In this document: positions 39,191-47,069 of the stretch, piece after piece
Layout: each line of letters opens with the position of its first letter
How positions within the stretch are numbered: position 1 is the stretch's first letter
NCBI GenBank assembly: GCA_043778225.1
Contig: JAYWGM010000056.1
Span: forward strand, 1-64,000
Length of the DNA: 64,000 bases
DNA from: Deinococcales bacterium
GTDB lineage: Bacteria > Deinococcota > Deinococci > Deinococcales > JAAFIG01
Reading direction: 5' to 3'
The notes under the pieces: generated by a model
What the model was told of the DNA's origin: nothing
Databases searched by the model: none
Seen by the model: only the letters and a program-made list of their open reading frames with translations
Made by a program: the position numbers and the translations under genes

Positions 39191-41773
39191 TTAAACACCA
39201 TCTTTAGCAAGGTCATTGAATCTAACGTGCTGCGAATGAAATTGCAACTCGACCGTGCCAACCGGACCATTGCGCTGCTTGCCAATAATAATTTCGGCAA
39301 TGCCTTGTTTTTCTGAGTCCTTGTGGTAATACTCGTCGCGGTAAATAAAAGAAACAAGGTCAGCGTCCTGCTCAATTGCTCCAGATTCACGTAAATCAGA
39401 CAGCATCGGACGATGATTGGGGCGCGATTCGACCTGACGGCTTAACTGACTCAGTACCACCACCGGAATGTTCAGTTCTCGAGCCAAGGATTTTAGCCCA
39501 CGTGAAATGGTCGAGATTTCCTGCTGCCGATTTTCGCCGCCGCCTTTGGATGTGCCACTGCCAGACATCAGTTGCATATAGTCAATGACGATTAAATGTA
39601 AATCTTTTTCTGCCATTAAGCGCCTCGATTTACTTCGTAATTCGGTAACAGTTAAATCCGAAGCATCATCTATAAAAAGCGGCGCTTCGGACAACTTGCC
39701 AGCCGCATTGACCAAGCGTTCAAAGTCTTTTTCGTTCAGCGCACCCTGCCTCACCCGATTCATGTCAACTCGAGCTTCGGCGCACATCATTCGCAGCACC
39801 AATTGTGAAGCGGGCATCTCGAGACTAAAAACCGCCACGGCTTTGTTGTAGCGCACGCTGATATTTTGGGCGATAGAGAGTGCAAAAGCCGTGTTGTGAA
39901 CACAAATATCTTGGGCGATAAAGTTAGAGCCATCTGGAACAGTTAGGTCGTAGACTTGTTGAGGCTCGAGCGGGACAATAGAAACAATTTCATCCCAGTA
40001 CAAATCTGGACTCGAGAGAAATGCGAGTCGCTCATCATTGAGGATTTGATTGTAACGTGCCAGCCTTGAACGCGGTAAGTTGCGTTTTGTATGAGGGTTA
40101 AACCCAGTAGCTTGATTAACTTCGCCACTTTGGATGCACAATTGGGTTAAAGATAGGTTTGCTCGAGCCGCAGCAGCTTTGACAAAAGCCCATGCTTCTT
40201 TTGGAACATGACCGAGATTGCTAAGACCTTTTGACAGTGTAAATTCTCTGGTAGCTTTCTCACCTAGCCAACCAATTTGATTTTGATAGATTTGTATAGA
40301 TTCAGGGTCAGTTATTTCGACCCGCCAGCTACGAGGTGTTTTTTGCCAGAATTTGGCTATAATTCCAAACCGAGTTAATGCGTGTTGAACATCTCGAGCA
40401 AGGAACTCTGAAGCAACTGTAAATTCAATTCGAGCCTGTTTACCCATGGCATAAATCGTTCCATCACAAGAAAAGAGAATTCTTAAAAATTCGCCGAGCT
40501 GCAATTGATTAAATCGCCAAACCACATTGGGGAATCTTTTCTTGAGTGCTGATTTACCCCACAAGCTTAAAGCACGCAGCCAGTCAGTGACAGGATTATT
40601 TGCATTTTTTCGATTACCTCGAGTCCATGTATGAGAAATACGAAAATCAATACCATCTCGGTGCATTTCAACACTCGGGAATTGTTGCTCGAGTATACTC
40701 TTGAAGTCTTGTATAAGTTCGGGGTCTGTATTTGTCCAACGTGGAGATGTTTGAGTCAATCCACCTTCAGCGATAAAGTAAGCCATCAGACGAATAAGTT
40801 CGAATGGTGTACTCGAGTCGTCTCCAAAACTCGGTACGGCTCGAGGAATAGCGATTTTGTCTCCAACCGTTAAATCATGAAGCGGAGTCCAGCCTTGCAC
40901 GGTTAAAAACGGATGATGACCTGTCACTTCAACTTCGCGTCCTAATTTTGTGGTGACCCTAAAAATAGGTTTAATTCCACTGTCTATCCAAGCCGAAATT
41001 CTGGTCGGTCGGACTGTGCCATTGTCTGAGATTCCATAAACACAGCTTCTTTTCTCGAGAATGAATTGCTCGAGTGGAATGCGTTCTCCAGTGTGTGGGT
41101 CATCTATGAGCGTATGTGCCGTTAAGCACTTGCCCATACTTGGACGCGCTGCAATGACATTCAAAGACCCCGGTTGTAAGCCCGTTGTCATTTCGTCTAA
41201 GTCCCTGAAACCTGTTGCCACACCAGTTATAAAGTCGCTGTCACTCGAGATTTTAGAAATGTACTCAAAGGTTTCGTTGACCAGCGTATTCATGTTTTGA
41301 AAAGGTTGCTGACTTTTTTTCTGCGCCACTTCAAAGACCAGTTTTTCGGCTCTGTCCATCAGTTCTTCGGCAGGTGCAGCTTCGTCGTAAGCCATCTGCA
41401 TAATTTTGCTCGAGGCGTTAATTAAGCCGCGCAGATTGCTTTTTTCGACCACAATATCAGCATAGAATTTGGCATAAACACTGGTCGGCACACCATCGGA
41501 TAAACCCACCAAATACGCCACGCCGCCGACTTCCTCGAGTTGGTCCTTGGTGCGGAGTTCTTCGATGAGTGTGACTGAATCGGCTGGGTTGCCTCGAGAA
41601 ATCAGGTTTTCGATGGCGGCAAAGATTTTACGGTTGGCTTCTTTGTAAAATTGGTCGGGTTTGAGCGTACCTTCTAAGCTGTGATAAGCATCGTTGTCGA
41701 GTAAAATACTTCCCAGTACGCTGGCTTCTGCGTCTAGGTTATGCGGTGGGATACGTCCGTGGAGTTCTTCCAT
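39191..41773 (-). CDS. dnaB: Replicative DNA helicase DnaB (intein-containing)
   Basis: PPHNLDAE, ARPSMGK|TAF, FSLEM, IDYMQLM, LSDLRESGAIEQDAD, KQRNGP. Confidence 0.97.
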   Translation of the reverse strand: MEELHGRIPPHNLDAEASVLGSILLDNDAYHSLEGTLKPDQFYKEANRKIFAAIENLISRGNPADSVTLIEELRTKDQLEEVGGVAYLVGLSDGVPTSVYAKFYADIVVEKSNLRGLINASSKIMQMAYDEAAPAEELMDRAEKLVFEVAQKKSQQPFQNMNTLVNETFEYISKISSDSDFITGVATGFRDLDEMTTGLQPGSLNVIAARPSMGKCLTAHTLIDDPHTGERIPLEQFILEKRSCVYGISDNGTVRPTRISAWIDSGIKPIFRVTTKLGREVEVTGHHPFLTVQGWTPLHDLTVGDKIAIPRAVPSFGDDSSTPFELIRLMAYFIAEGGLTQTSPRWTNTDPELIQDFKSILEQQFPSVEMHRDGIDFRISHTWTRGNRKNANNPVTDWLRALSLWGKSALKKRFPNVVWRFNQLQLGEFLRILFSCDGTIYAMGKQARIEFTVASEFLARDVQHALTRFGIIAKFWQKTPRSWRVEITDPESIQIYQNQIGWLGEKATREFTLSKGLSNLGHVPKEAWAFVKAAAARANLSLTQLCIQSGEVNQATGFNPHTKRNLPRSRLARYNQILNDERLAFLSSPDLYWDEIVSIVPLEPQQVYDLTVPDGSNFIAQDICVHNTAFALSIAQNISVRYNKAVAVFSLEMPASQLVLRMMCAEARVDMNRVRQGALNEKDFERLVNAAGKLSEAPLFIDDASDLTVTELRSKSRRLMAEKDLHLIVIDYMQLMSGSGTSKGGGENRQQEISTISRGLKSLARELNIPVVVLSQLSRQVESRPNHRPMLSDLRESGAIEQDADLVSFIYRDEYYHKDSEKQGIAEIIIGKQRNGPVGTVELQFHSQHVRFNDLAKDGV
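39893..41128 (-). mobile_element. Intein (412 aa) with LAGLIDADG homing endonuclease in the DnaB Walker A motif
   Basis: GK|CLTAHT...TGHHPF...YFIAEGG...FLRILFSCDG...VYDLTV...NFIA..ICVHN|T. Confidence 0.95.
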
Positions 41774-41776
41774 AAT

Positions 41777-42229
41777 TTATAGAGGACGTGCCATGACCAC
41801 AACCCAAGCGCCGTTGTACTGGGCTGCACCGACTTCGGTGTAATTGGCGTTGGTCATTGCCCAACAGTGAACTTTTGAATTTTTCCACCACGAAACGGCT
41901 TTAGAACTGCCGCCATTGCCCAAAAAAATAATTTCCGACATTCTCGAGTATCGGTAGCCAGCCCGAACAACTCGAGTCTGTGGTCCAACGCCTTGAAAAT
42001 AATGAGAGACAAAGCGTTTTGAACCCATGTTGAGGGCGTGTTGTCGGGCGGCTTTGGCAAGTGTGTTGTTCCAACGCATTGCACCGATTCTTGTGCCACC
42101 CGCGCCATTACAGCGTGTGCCAGAAGTCCTCAAGGCATTGATTTGCGCCACCACTCGAGCTTCTAAGCTACTTTGGGCAGTCGCAAGACTCGAAATTAGG
42201 ACAATTGAAATAAGGATAAGCAGACGCAT
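41777..42229 (-). CDS. CAP/SCP domain secreted protein
   Basis: INALR, LAKAARQHALNM, WKNSKVHC; signal peptide. Confidence 0.88.
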   Translation of the reverse strand: MRLLILISIVLISSLATAQSSLEARVVAQINALRTSGTRCNGAGGTRIGAMRWNNTLAKAARQHALNMGSKRFVSHYFQGVGPQTRVVRAGYRYSRMSEIIFLGNGGSSKAVSWWKNSKVHCWAMTNANYTEVGAAQYNGAWVVVMARPL

Positions 42230-42277
42230 GGCTCGAGATGATAACCTAATTTTTGGCTCGAGTCATGCGCCTTGGTT

Positions 42278-42688
42278 TTAGGGCTTAATTTTGAAAAAAG
42301 AATTACCATCTACGCTGTGAGTATCGCTGCCAAGTATCCGCCACATCACCACATATGTGCCAGTTTTAAGTTTGGGCTTGAGGCTAATTTGCACATTTTT
42401 GGTTGTGCCTTTGGCTTGGGTACTCGAGTCGGCTCGAGCGGTGGCATCGTTTTTTAGGGCGATTTTACTGTTGACAAATGTCCGCAGTGCGCCGTTGCTG
42501 AGTTCGCCAGTGTAGGCATAGACCTTGAAGGTACTAAACGAGGCTTCGATGGCTTCGTTAAACGTAATCTCGATGGTTTTTGGAGCGCTGACCGTCGTGC
42601 CTTTACCGGGGACAATTTTGACCACTTTAGAGTGGGCGACGGCAAGGCTTAGGAGCAAAAACAGGGTCACGGCAACAATTTTTTTCAT
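42278..42688 (-). CDS. copC: Copper resistance protein CopC
   Basis: Signal peptide then mature His1; FNEAI, YVVMWRILGSDTHSVDG. Confidence 0.88.
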   Translation of the reverse strand: MKKIVAVTLFLLLSLAVAHSKVVKIVPGKGTTVSAPKTIEITFNEAIEASFSTFKVYAYTGELSNGALRTFVNSKIALKNDATARADSSTQAKGTTKNVQISLKPKLKTGTYVVMWRILGSDTHSVDGNSFFKIKP

Positions 42689-42697
42689 GGGTTTCCT

Positions 42698-42843
42698 TTA
42701 TTCGGTGTGGCACGACCTTGACTATTTTTGGTGCGGCAAAACGCTGTCTATTTCGGTGCGGCACGACCTTGACTATTTTGGTGCGGCACGACCTTGACTA
42801 TTTTGGTGCGGCAAAACGCTGTCTATTTCGGTGCGGCAAAACG
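42698..42843. repeat. Six ~25-bp tandem copies of the 3' end (with stop codon) of the peroxidase gene
   Basis: Minus-strand core GCCGCACCRAAATAG with alternating ACAGCGTTTT / TCAAGGTCGT linkers. Confidence 0.9.
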
Positions 42844-43806
42844 AGGGTCTTTAATAAATTCGTAATCGGTCAGGGCTTTTAAGAATTCGATTAAATCCTG
42901 CATTTCGGCTTTGCTTAAACCCATCGGACGCATCAGTGCGTCCACATTGGGGTTGTCTTCGCCACCTTTGTTGTAATGCTCAAGGGTCTTCTCGAGGGTT
43001 GGGATGCTGCCATTGTGCATATACGGTGCGGTCAGGGCAACATTACGCAATGTTGGCACTTTGAACTTCCCAGCGTCCTCTTGGCGGTTGGTGATTCGGG
43101 CTAAACCAAGGTCGGGATTGGTTTTGCTTAAACCTGTGTTGTGCAGTGTTTCGGTCGTGAAATTAAAACCATTGTGGCAATGAAAACAATCGCCTGTTTC
43201 GCCAAAAAAGAGTTCCATGCCACGAATCGCGGCTGAGGTCATGGCTTTTTCGTTGCCAGCACGGTACTTATCGTAAGCGCTGCGGTTGGTGATAAGCGTG
43301 CGCTCAAAACTGGCTATTGCTTTGGTGATGTTAAGCATCGTTACGCCATCTGCAAAAACCTTCTTAAAAGCAGTGGCATAAGCTGGAATTTGTTTGAGGC
43401 GTTGTACCAGCACACTGGGTTCAATCCCCATTTCGTCATGAGCCGTAATCGGACCCATGGCTTGTAACTCGAGGCTGGGGCTGCCACCTTCCCAAAAGTA
43501 ACTTTTGCGCCATGCCACATTGCCAAGACTTGGCGCGTTACGGCTGCCTTTTTGCCCTCGAATGCCCGTTGAAACCGCGTTACCGGCGTTGGAAAAAGCA
43601 AAGGCTTGAACATGGCAAATCGAGCAAGAGAGCGTATTATCAGCAGACAAGCGTTGGTCATAAAAAAGTTTGCGTCCCAACTGAATTTTATCTGGAGTCT
43701 GAGGATTGTTCTCGGGAATCCGAACAGCAGGAAAGTACGACTGGGCTAAAACAGTGCAGCCCAAAAAAAACAGTAAAAATAAAACTCGAGATGGCAGGAT
43801 TTTCAT
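42823..43806 (-). CDS. Di-heme cytochrome c peroxidase/MauG family enzyme (MbnH-like)
   Basis: CSICH and CFHCH heme motifs, RNAPSL, FKVPTLRNV..TAPYMHNG; adjacent to an MbnP-like gene. Confidence 0.88.
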   Translation of the reverse strand: MKILPSRVLFLLFFLGCTVLAQSYFPAVRIPENNPQTPDKIQLGRKLFYDQRLSADNTLSCSICHVQAFAFSNAGNAVSTGIRGQKGSRNAPSLGNVAWRKSYFWEGGSPSLELQAMGPITAHDEMGIEPSVLVQRLKQIPAYATAFKKVFADGVTMLNITKAIASFERTLITNRSAYDKYRAGNEKAMTSAAIRGMELFFGETGDCFHCHNGFNFTTETLHNTGLSKTNPDLGLARITNRQEDAGKFKVPTLRNVALTAPYMHNGSIPTLEKTLEHYNKGGEDNPNVDALMRPMGLSKAEMQDLIEFLKALTDYEFIKDPRFAAPK

Positions 43807-43828
43807 AGTACCCCAACGTATGGCTGTC

Positions 43829-44668
43829 TTACTGCGCGATTGTCCAAGCACCAAGTAAATTCAAATAGGCTTGCCCGATGTTTGCCCCGCCGTGCATGAC
43901 TCGTAGCGCGGCTTGGCTTAAATCCCAGTTTGCAGCCCCGTTTGGTCCTTTACTAAAGACTTTCTCGAGGTCAAGGTTGATGGTGCTGCTGTTTTTACCG
44001 TTCACAGCAATTTTAATTTTATTGGCAACCAAATCAAACTGATTGATATTTAAGCGCCAATTGTCTGTTCCCATGTGCAGTAACCATGGCTGACTCTTGC
44101 CTGCTACAGTTGTTTTTCCCTCGAGCCGAAAGAAAATATAGCCCGGATTCCATGCCCAGAACATCCCACTCTCGAGTCCGAGCGGCATTGGGATGGTACT
44201 GGCATCACGGTGATTGAGGTCTTTAGGTACACCAATTTCAAAGCGAATGCCTTTGTACTCGGCGGCTGGGGCAGAAATGCTAAAAATGGTTTCGCCCGTG
44301 GTGGTCTTGGCATTGAACATTTGTCCACCCTCGAGCATTTTTCCTGCCATGCTGGTGTTGGCGGTTGCACCACTGTGGTTTATCATCCCGCCAGCATTCA
44401 AACCCTCAAACGAAGTCAGGCTTAAACCCGCCACCGCTTGGCTCGAGCCATCGGCTTTGACCAGTTGGACATTGGAAACATAAAATTTAAGTAAGTCCAC
44501 ACTGTACTCTGCGCCGCCAGACGTTCTGTAGGTTTTGCCTAACTCGAGCGGTGCATTGCCCATTCGTAAATTGACTTTTAATTCGTGTTTAACCATTGCG
44601 TTCTGAGCGCTCGAGAGACCGAGTAAGGCAATCGAAACCAAAGTTGTGCCGAGTAATAATTTTTTCAT
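43829..44668 (-). CDS. MbnP family copper-binding protein
   Basis: LKFYVSNV, F.IGVP..LNH, MFWAWNPGYIF (WxW motif); signal peptide. Confidence 0.85.
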   Translation of the reverse strand: MKKLLLGTTLVSIALLGLSSAQNAMVKHELKVNLRMGNAPLELGKTYRTSGGAEYSVDLLKFYVSNVQLVKADGSSQAVAGLSLTSFEGLNAGGMINHSGATANTSMAGKMLEGGQMFNAKTTTGETIFSISAPAAEYKGIRFEIGVPKDLNHRDASTIPMPLGLESGMFWAWNPGYIFFRLEGKTTVAGKSQPWLLHMGTDNWRLNINQFDLVANKIKIAVNGKNSSTINLDLEKVFSKGPNGAANWDLSQAALRVMHGGANIGQAYLNLLGAWTIAQ

Positions 44669-45102
44669 AAGATTTCCTTTTTGAACCTTTGAAGATAAAG
44701 CGTGCAAATAAACACGCCAACCATCATCAGGCTCGAGATAACACACCAAAAGCACCATGCCAGAATCACAAAGGCTTCTAAGTAAGTAAAGTAGAGGTAA
44801 CTCAGTACCCCAAGGCTCGAGATTGCCAATAAGATTTTTGGTGCTACCGTCTCGAGCGGGCGTTCTTGTAAAATCGCATAGGTGGCTGTGCCAAGGAGTA
44901 GCAAAAACACCGCAATGCCATAAGCCGAAACTGGGATGCCAAGAATTTTAGAGTATTCACTGGCTTGGACTTTATCGCAACCTGCAATTGGACAGACCAG
45001 ACTCGAGTATCCAAGGCTGTGCAGCAGTAAGTACAGCGCCACCAATGCACCCAACAATGCAAACACAGCACTGAACATCAGGGGTGCGAGTGGATTTTTC
45101 AT
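44665..45102 (-). CDS. Vitamin K epoxide reductase (VKOR) family protein
   Basis: CPIAGCDKVQASEYS..LGIPV, WCFWC. Confidence 0.9.
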   Translation of the reverse strand: MKNPLAPLMFSAVFALLGALVALYLLLHSLGYSSLVCPIAGCDKVQASEYSKILGIPVSAYGIAVFLLLLGTATYAILQERPLETVAPKILLAISSLGVLSYLYFTYLEAFVILAWCFWCVISSLMMVGVFICTLYLQRFKKEIL

Positions 45103-45809
45103 TTTGTACCGACTTTTTCTAGAATCGCTTTGAAGGCTTCGATGGGCAGCGCCCCAGCCACCAAATAACCGTTGACCACAAAAGAAGGCGTGGAATTCAA
45201 ACCAACTTTGCGTCCCATGTTTACATCGGCGGCAATTGCATCTTTGGCATTGTCTGACTTTAGGCACTCGAGAAAACTGGTTTTGTTCAATCCAGCAAAT
45301 TCAGCAAATTGCTGGCTGGCAGTTTCACTCGAGGAATTGCTCCATTGGCTCTGCCCACGAAACAAAATGGCTTTGTAATTCTCAAAACGCCCGCTTTGGT
45401 TGGCACACGCCGCTGCTTGTGCTGCCAGTGGTGCGTTGGCGTGTTGCGCCAACGGAAAATCGCGGTAGGCAAACCGCACCAAACCAGTGTCTATAAAATC
45501 GGTTTTGAACTGACTTTCTGTTTGGGTGGCAAACGTAGCACAAGCTGGACACTGATAATCCGAGAATTCAACAATCGTATTTTTGGCGTTGCTCGAGCCA
45601 CTGATAAAACGTGCGCCTTCGAGGGCATTGACGGCAACTTTACGCAACTCGAGATTCTGAGTTGTGCCGTTATTGGTATACGAAATGTTCAGGGTTTCGC
45701 CGTCATCGCTTGGGGCTTGTGGACGTGTGACAAAGAAAATAATCCCAATGCCAAGCAGCGCCACGCCCACCAAAGCAACCAAAAAGGTATTGCGTTGTTG
45801 AGAATTCAT
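45099..45809 (-). CDS. DsbA family thiol-disulfide oxidoreductase
   Basis: EFSDYQCPAC, RDFPL, STPSF; N-terminal TM anchor; GGAGG RBS. Confidence 0.9.
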   Translation of the reverse strand: MNSQQRNTFLVALVGVALLGIGIIFFVTRPQAPSDDGETLNISYTNNGTTQNLELRKVAVNALEGARFISGSSNAKNTIVEFSDYQCPACATFATQTESQFKTDFIDTGLVRFAYRDFPLAQHANAPLAAQAAACANQSGRFENYKAILFRGQSQWSNSSSETASQQFAEFAGLNKTSFLECLKSDNAKDAIAADVNMGRKVGLNSTPSFVVNGYLVAGALPIEAFKAILEKVGTK

Positions 45810-45844
45810 AATGTCCTCCAGCGTTAATTCAAATAACTTGGTAT

Positions 45845-46189
45845 TCAAATTAACGCTGGCGGCGCTCGAGCCAATCTGGTCAGTGGTACTCGAGCCACAA
45901 TCTGGAACTCGAGGTTTAAGTTGTGCAAAATAAGCTGTGATGCTCGAGGTAGACTGTTTTCTAAAGTTAAAACTGCAAAAGTGCTTGAACCACAAAAATC
46001 ACAGTGTTTTGGGTGGGCATGGGCGGCTGACCATTGTGGGGTTTCATCACTCGAGGCGTGAGTGTGCAGTCCGAGTTGTAGCACTCGAGATTCAAAGCCC
46101 GGTGCAAGATGGTGTGTACTGAACCAAAGCATCAAGATTGCCAGTAAACTGGCTCGAGCTAAATAGAAAACTCGTTTTTGCCGACGCAT
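45845..46189 (-). CDS. DUF2946-like leader protein with CxxC and RAPP motif
   Basis: Hydrophobic N-terminus, HAHPKHCDFC, C-terminal LARAPPA; leaderless TATACT-N6-ATG. Confidence 0.75.
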   Translation of the reverse strand: MRRQKRVFYLARASLLAILMLWFSTHHLAPGFESRVLQLGLHTHASSDETPQWSAAHAHPKHCDFCGSSTFAVLTLENSLPRASQLILHNLNLEFQIVARVPLTRLARAPPALI

Positions 46190-46222
46190 AGAAAAAGTAT
46201 AAGCCCTAAAGTGAAGGACAGA

Positions 46223-47005
46223 TTATGAAATTTTTCGGGTCTTGGTAAATAACCGAGCGGTGTTGCTGACAAAATCGGTGTCGTAGACTTGGGCTTCTTG
46301 GTTTTTGGTGTCCAGCACTTCGCGGGCATCAAAGACAAAACACGTACCTTCATAATCAGCTTCAGCATTTTCGATGTTCTGGAAATAATTTAAGATTCCA
46401 CCCTCGAGTTGTAAAATCTCAAAGCCACGCATGGCTTGCCAAGCGGTTGTTTTTTCGCAGCGAATGCCACCCGTACAGTACATCGCTACGGTTTTATTTT
46501 GGGTTTGCCATTCGGGCAAATGAGTCTCGAGATAGCTTGCGAAATCCCTGAAATTATCGATATTTGGGTTAATTGCGCCCTTAAAATGTCCGAGTTCAAA
46601 TTCAAAACTGTTGCGGTTATCAATTAGAATCACATCGTCGCGCTGCAATAATTCACGCCAAATGATTGGCGAGACATCTGTTCCCTTAAAGTTTTGGGTA
46701 TCTATGCCAGCCACCCCAAGTGGCACGATTTCGGGTTTAACTTTAACTTTGAGGCGCTTAAAGACTTGTTGGCTACAAGTGGTGCGTTTATAAAAAAGTT
46801 TTGCAAATCTCGAGTCTGTTTCTAGGGCATCGCGCACGATTTGAAGCGCTTGGCTTGAGCCACAGAGCATTCCATTGATGCCTTCGGTCGCCAATAAAAT
46901 CGTACCCAGAACTTCTGCTTCTAAACAGACTTGCTCGAGGTGGTCTCGAGTCTCGTTTGGGTTCTCGAGCTTGATAAAGCGGTAAAACGCATCATGGAAC
47001 AACAT
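46223..47005 (-). CDS. trhO: Rhodanese-domain tRNA uridine(34) hydroxylase
   Basis: GTILLATEGING, RLKVKVKPEIV, YCTGGIRCEK, LEGGILNY, CFVFD. Confidence 0.88.
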   Translation of the reverse strand: MLFHDAFYRFIKLENPNETRDHLEQVCLEAEVLGTILLATEGINGMLCGSSQALQIVRDALETDSRFAKLFYKRTTCSQQVFKRLKVKVKPEIVPLGVAGIDTQNFKGTDVSPIIWRELLQRDDVILIDNRNSFEFELGHFKGAINPNIDNFRDFASYLETHLPEWQTQNKTVAMYCTGGIRCEKTTAWQAMRGFEILQLEGGILNYFQNIENAEADYEGTCFVFDAREVLDTKNQEAQVYDTDFVSNTARLFTKTRKIS

Positions 47006-47069
47006 CAGTCTATCTTACAATGTTCCCCAGAACAAACGCCCTGATGATTGTGGTGTTAAATGTAAATCT

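Noticed and set aside
42698..42843. Possible CRISPR array
   Set aside because: Units are copies of the adjacent gene end with only two short linker types
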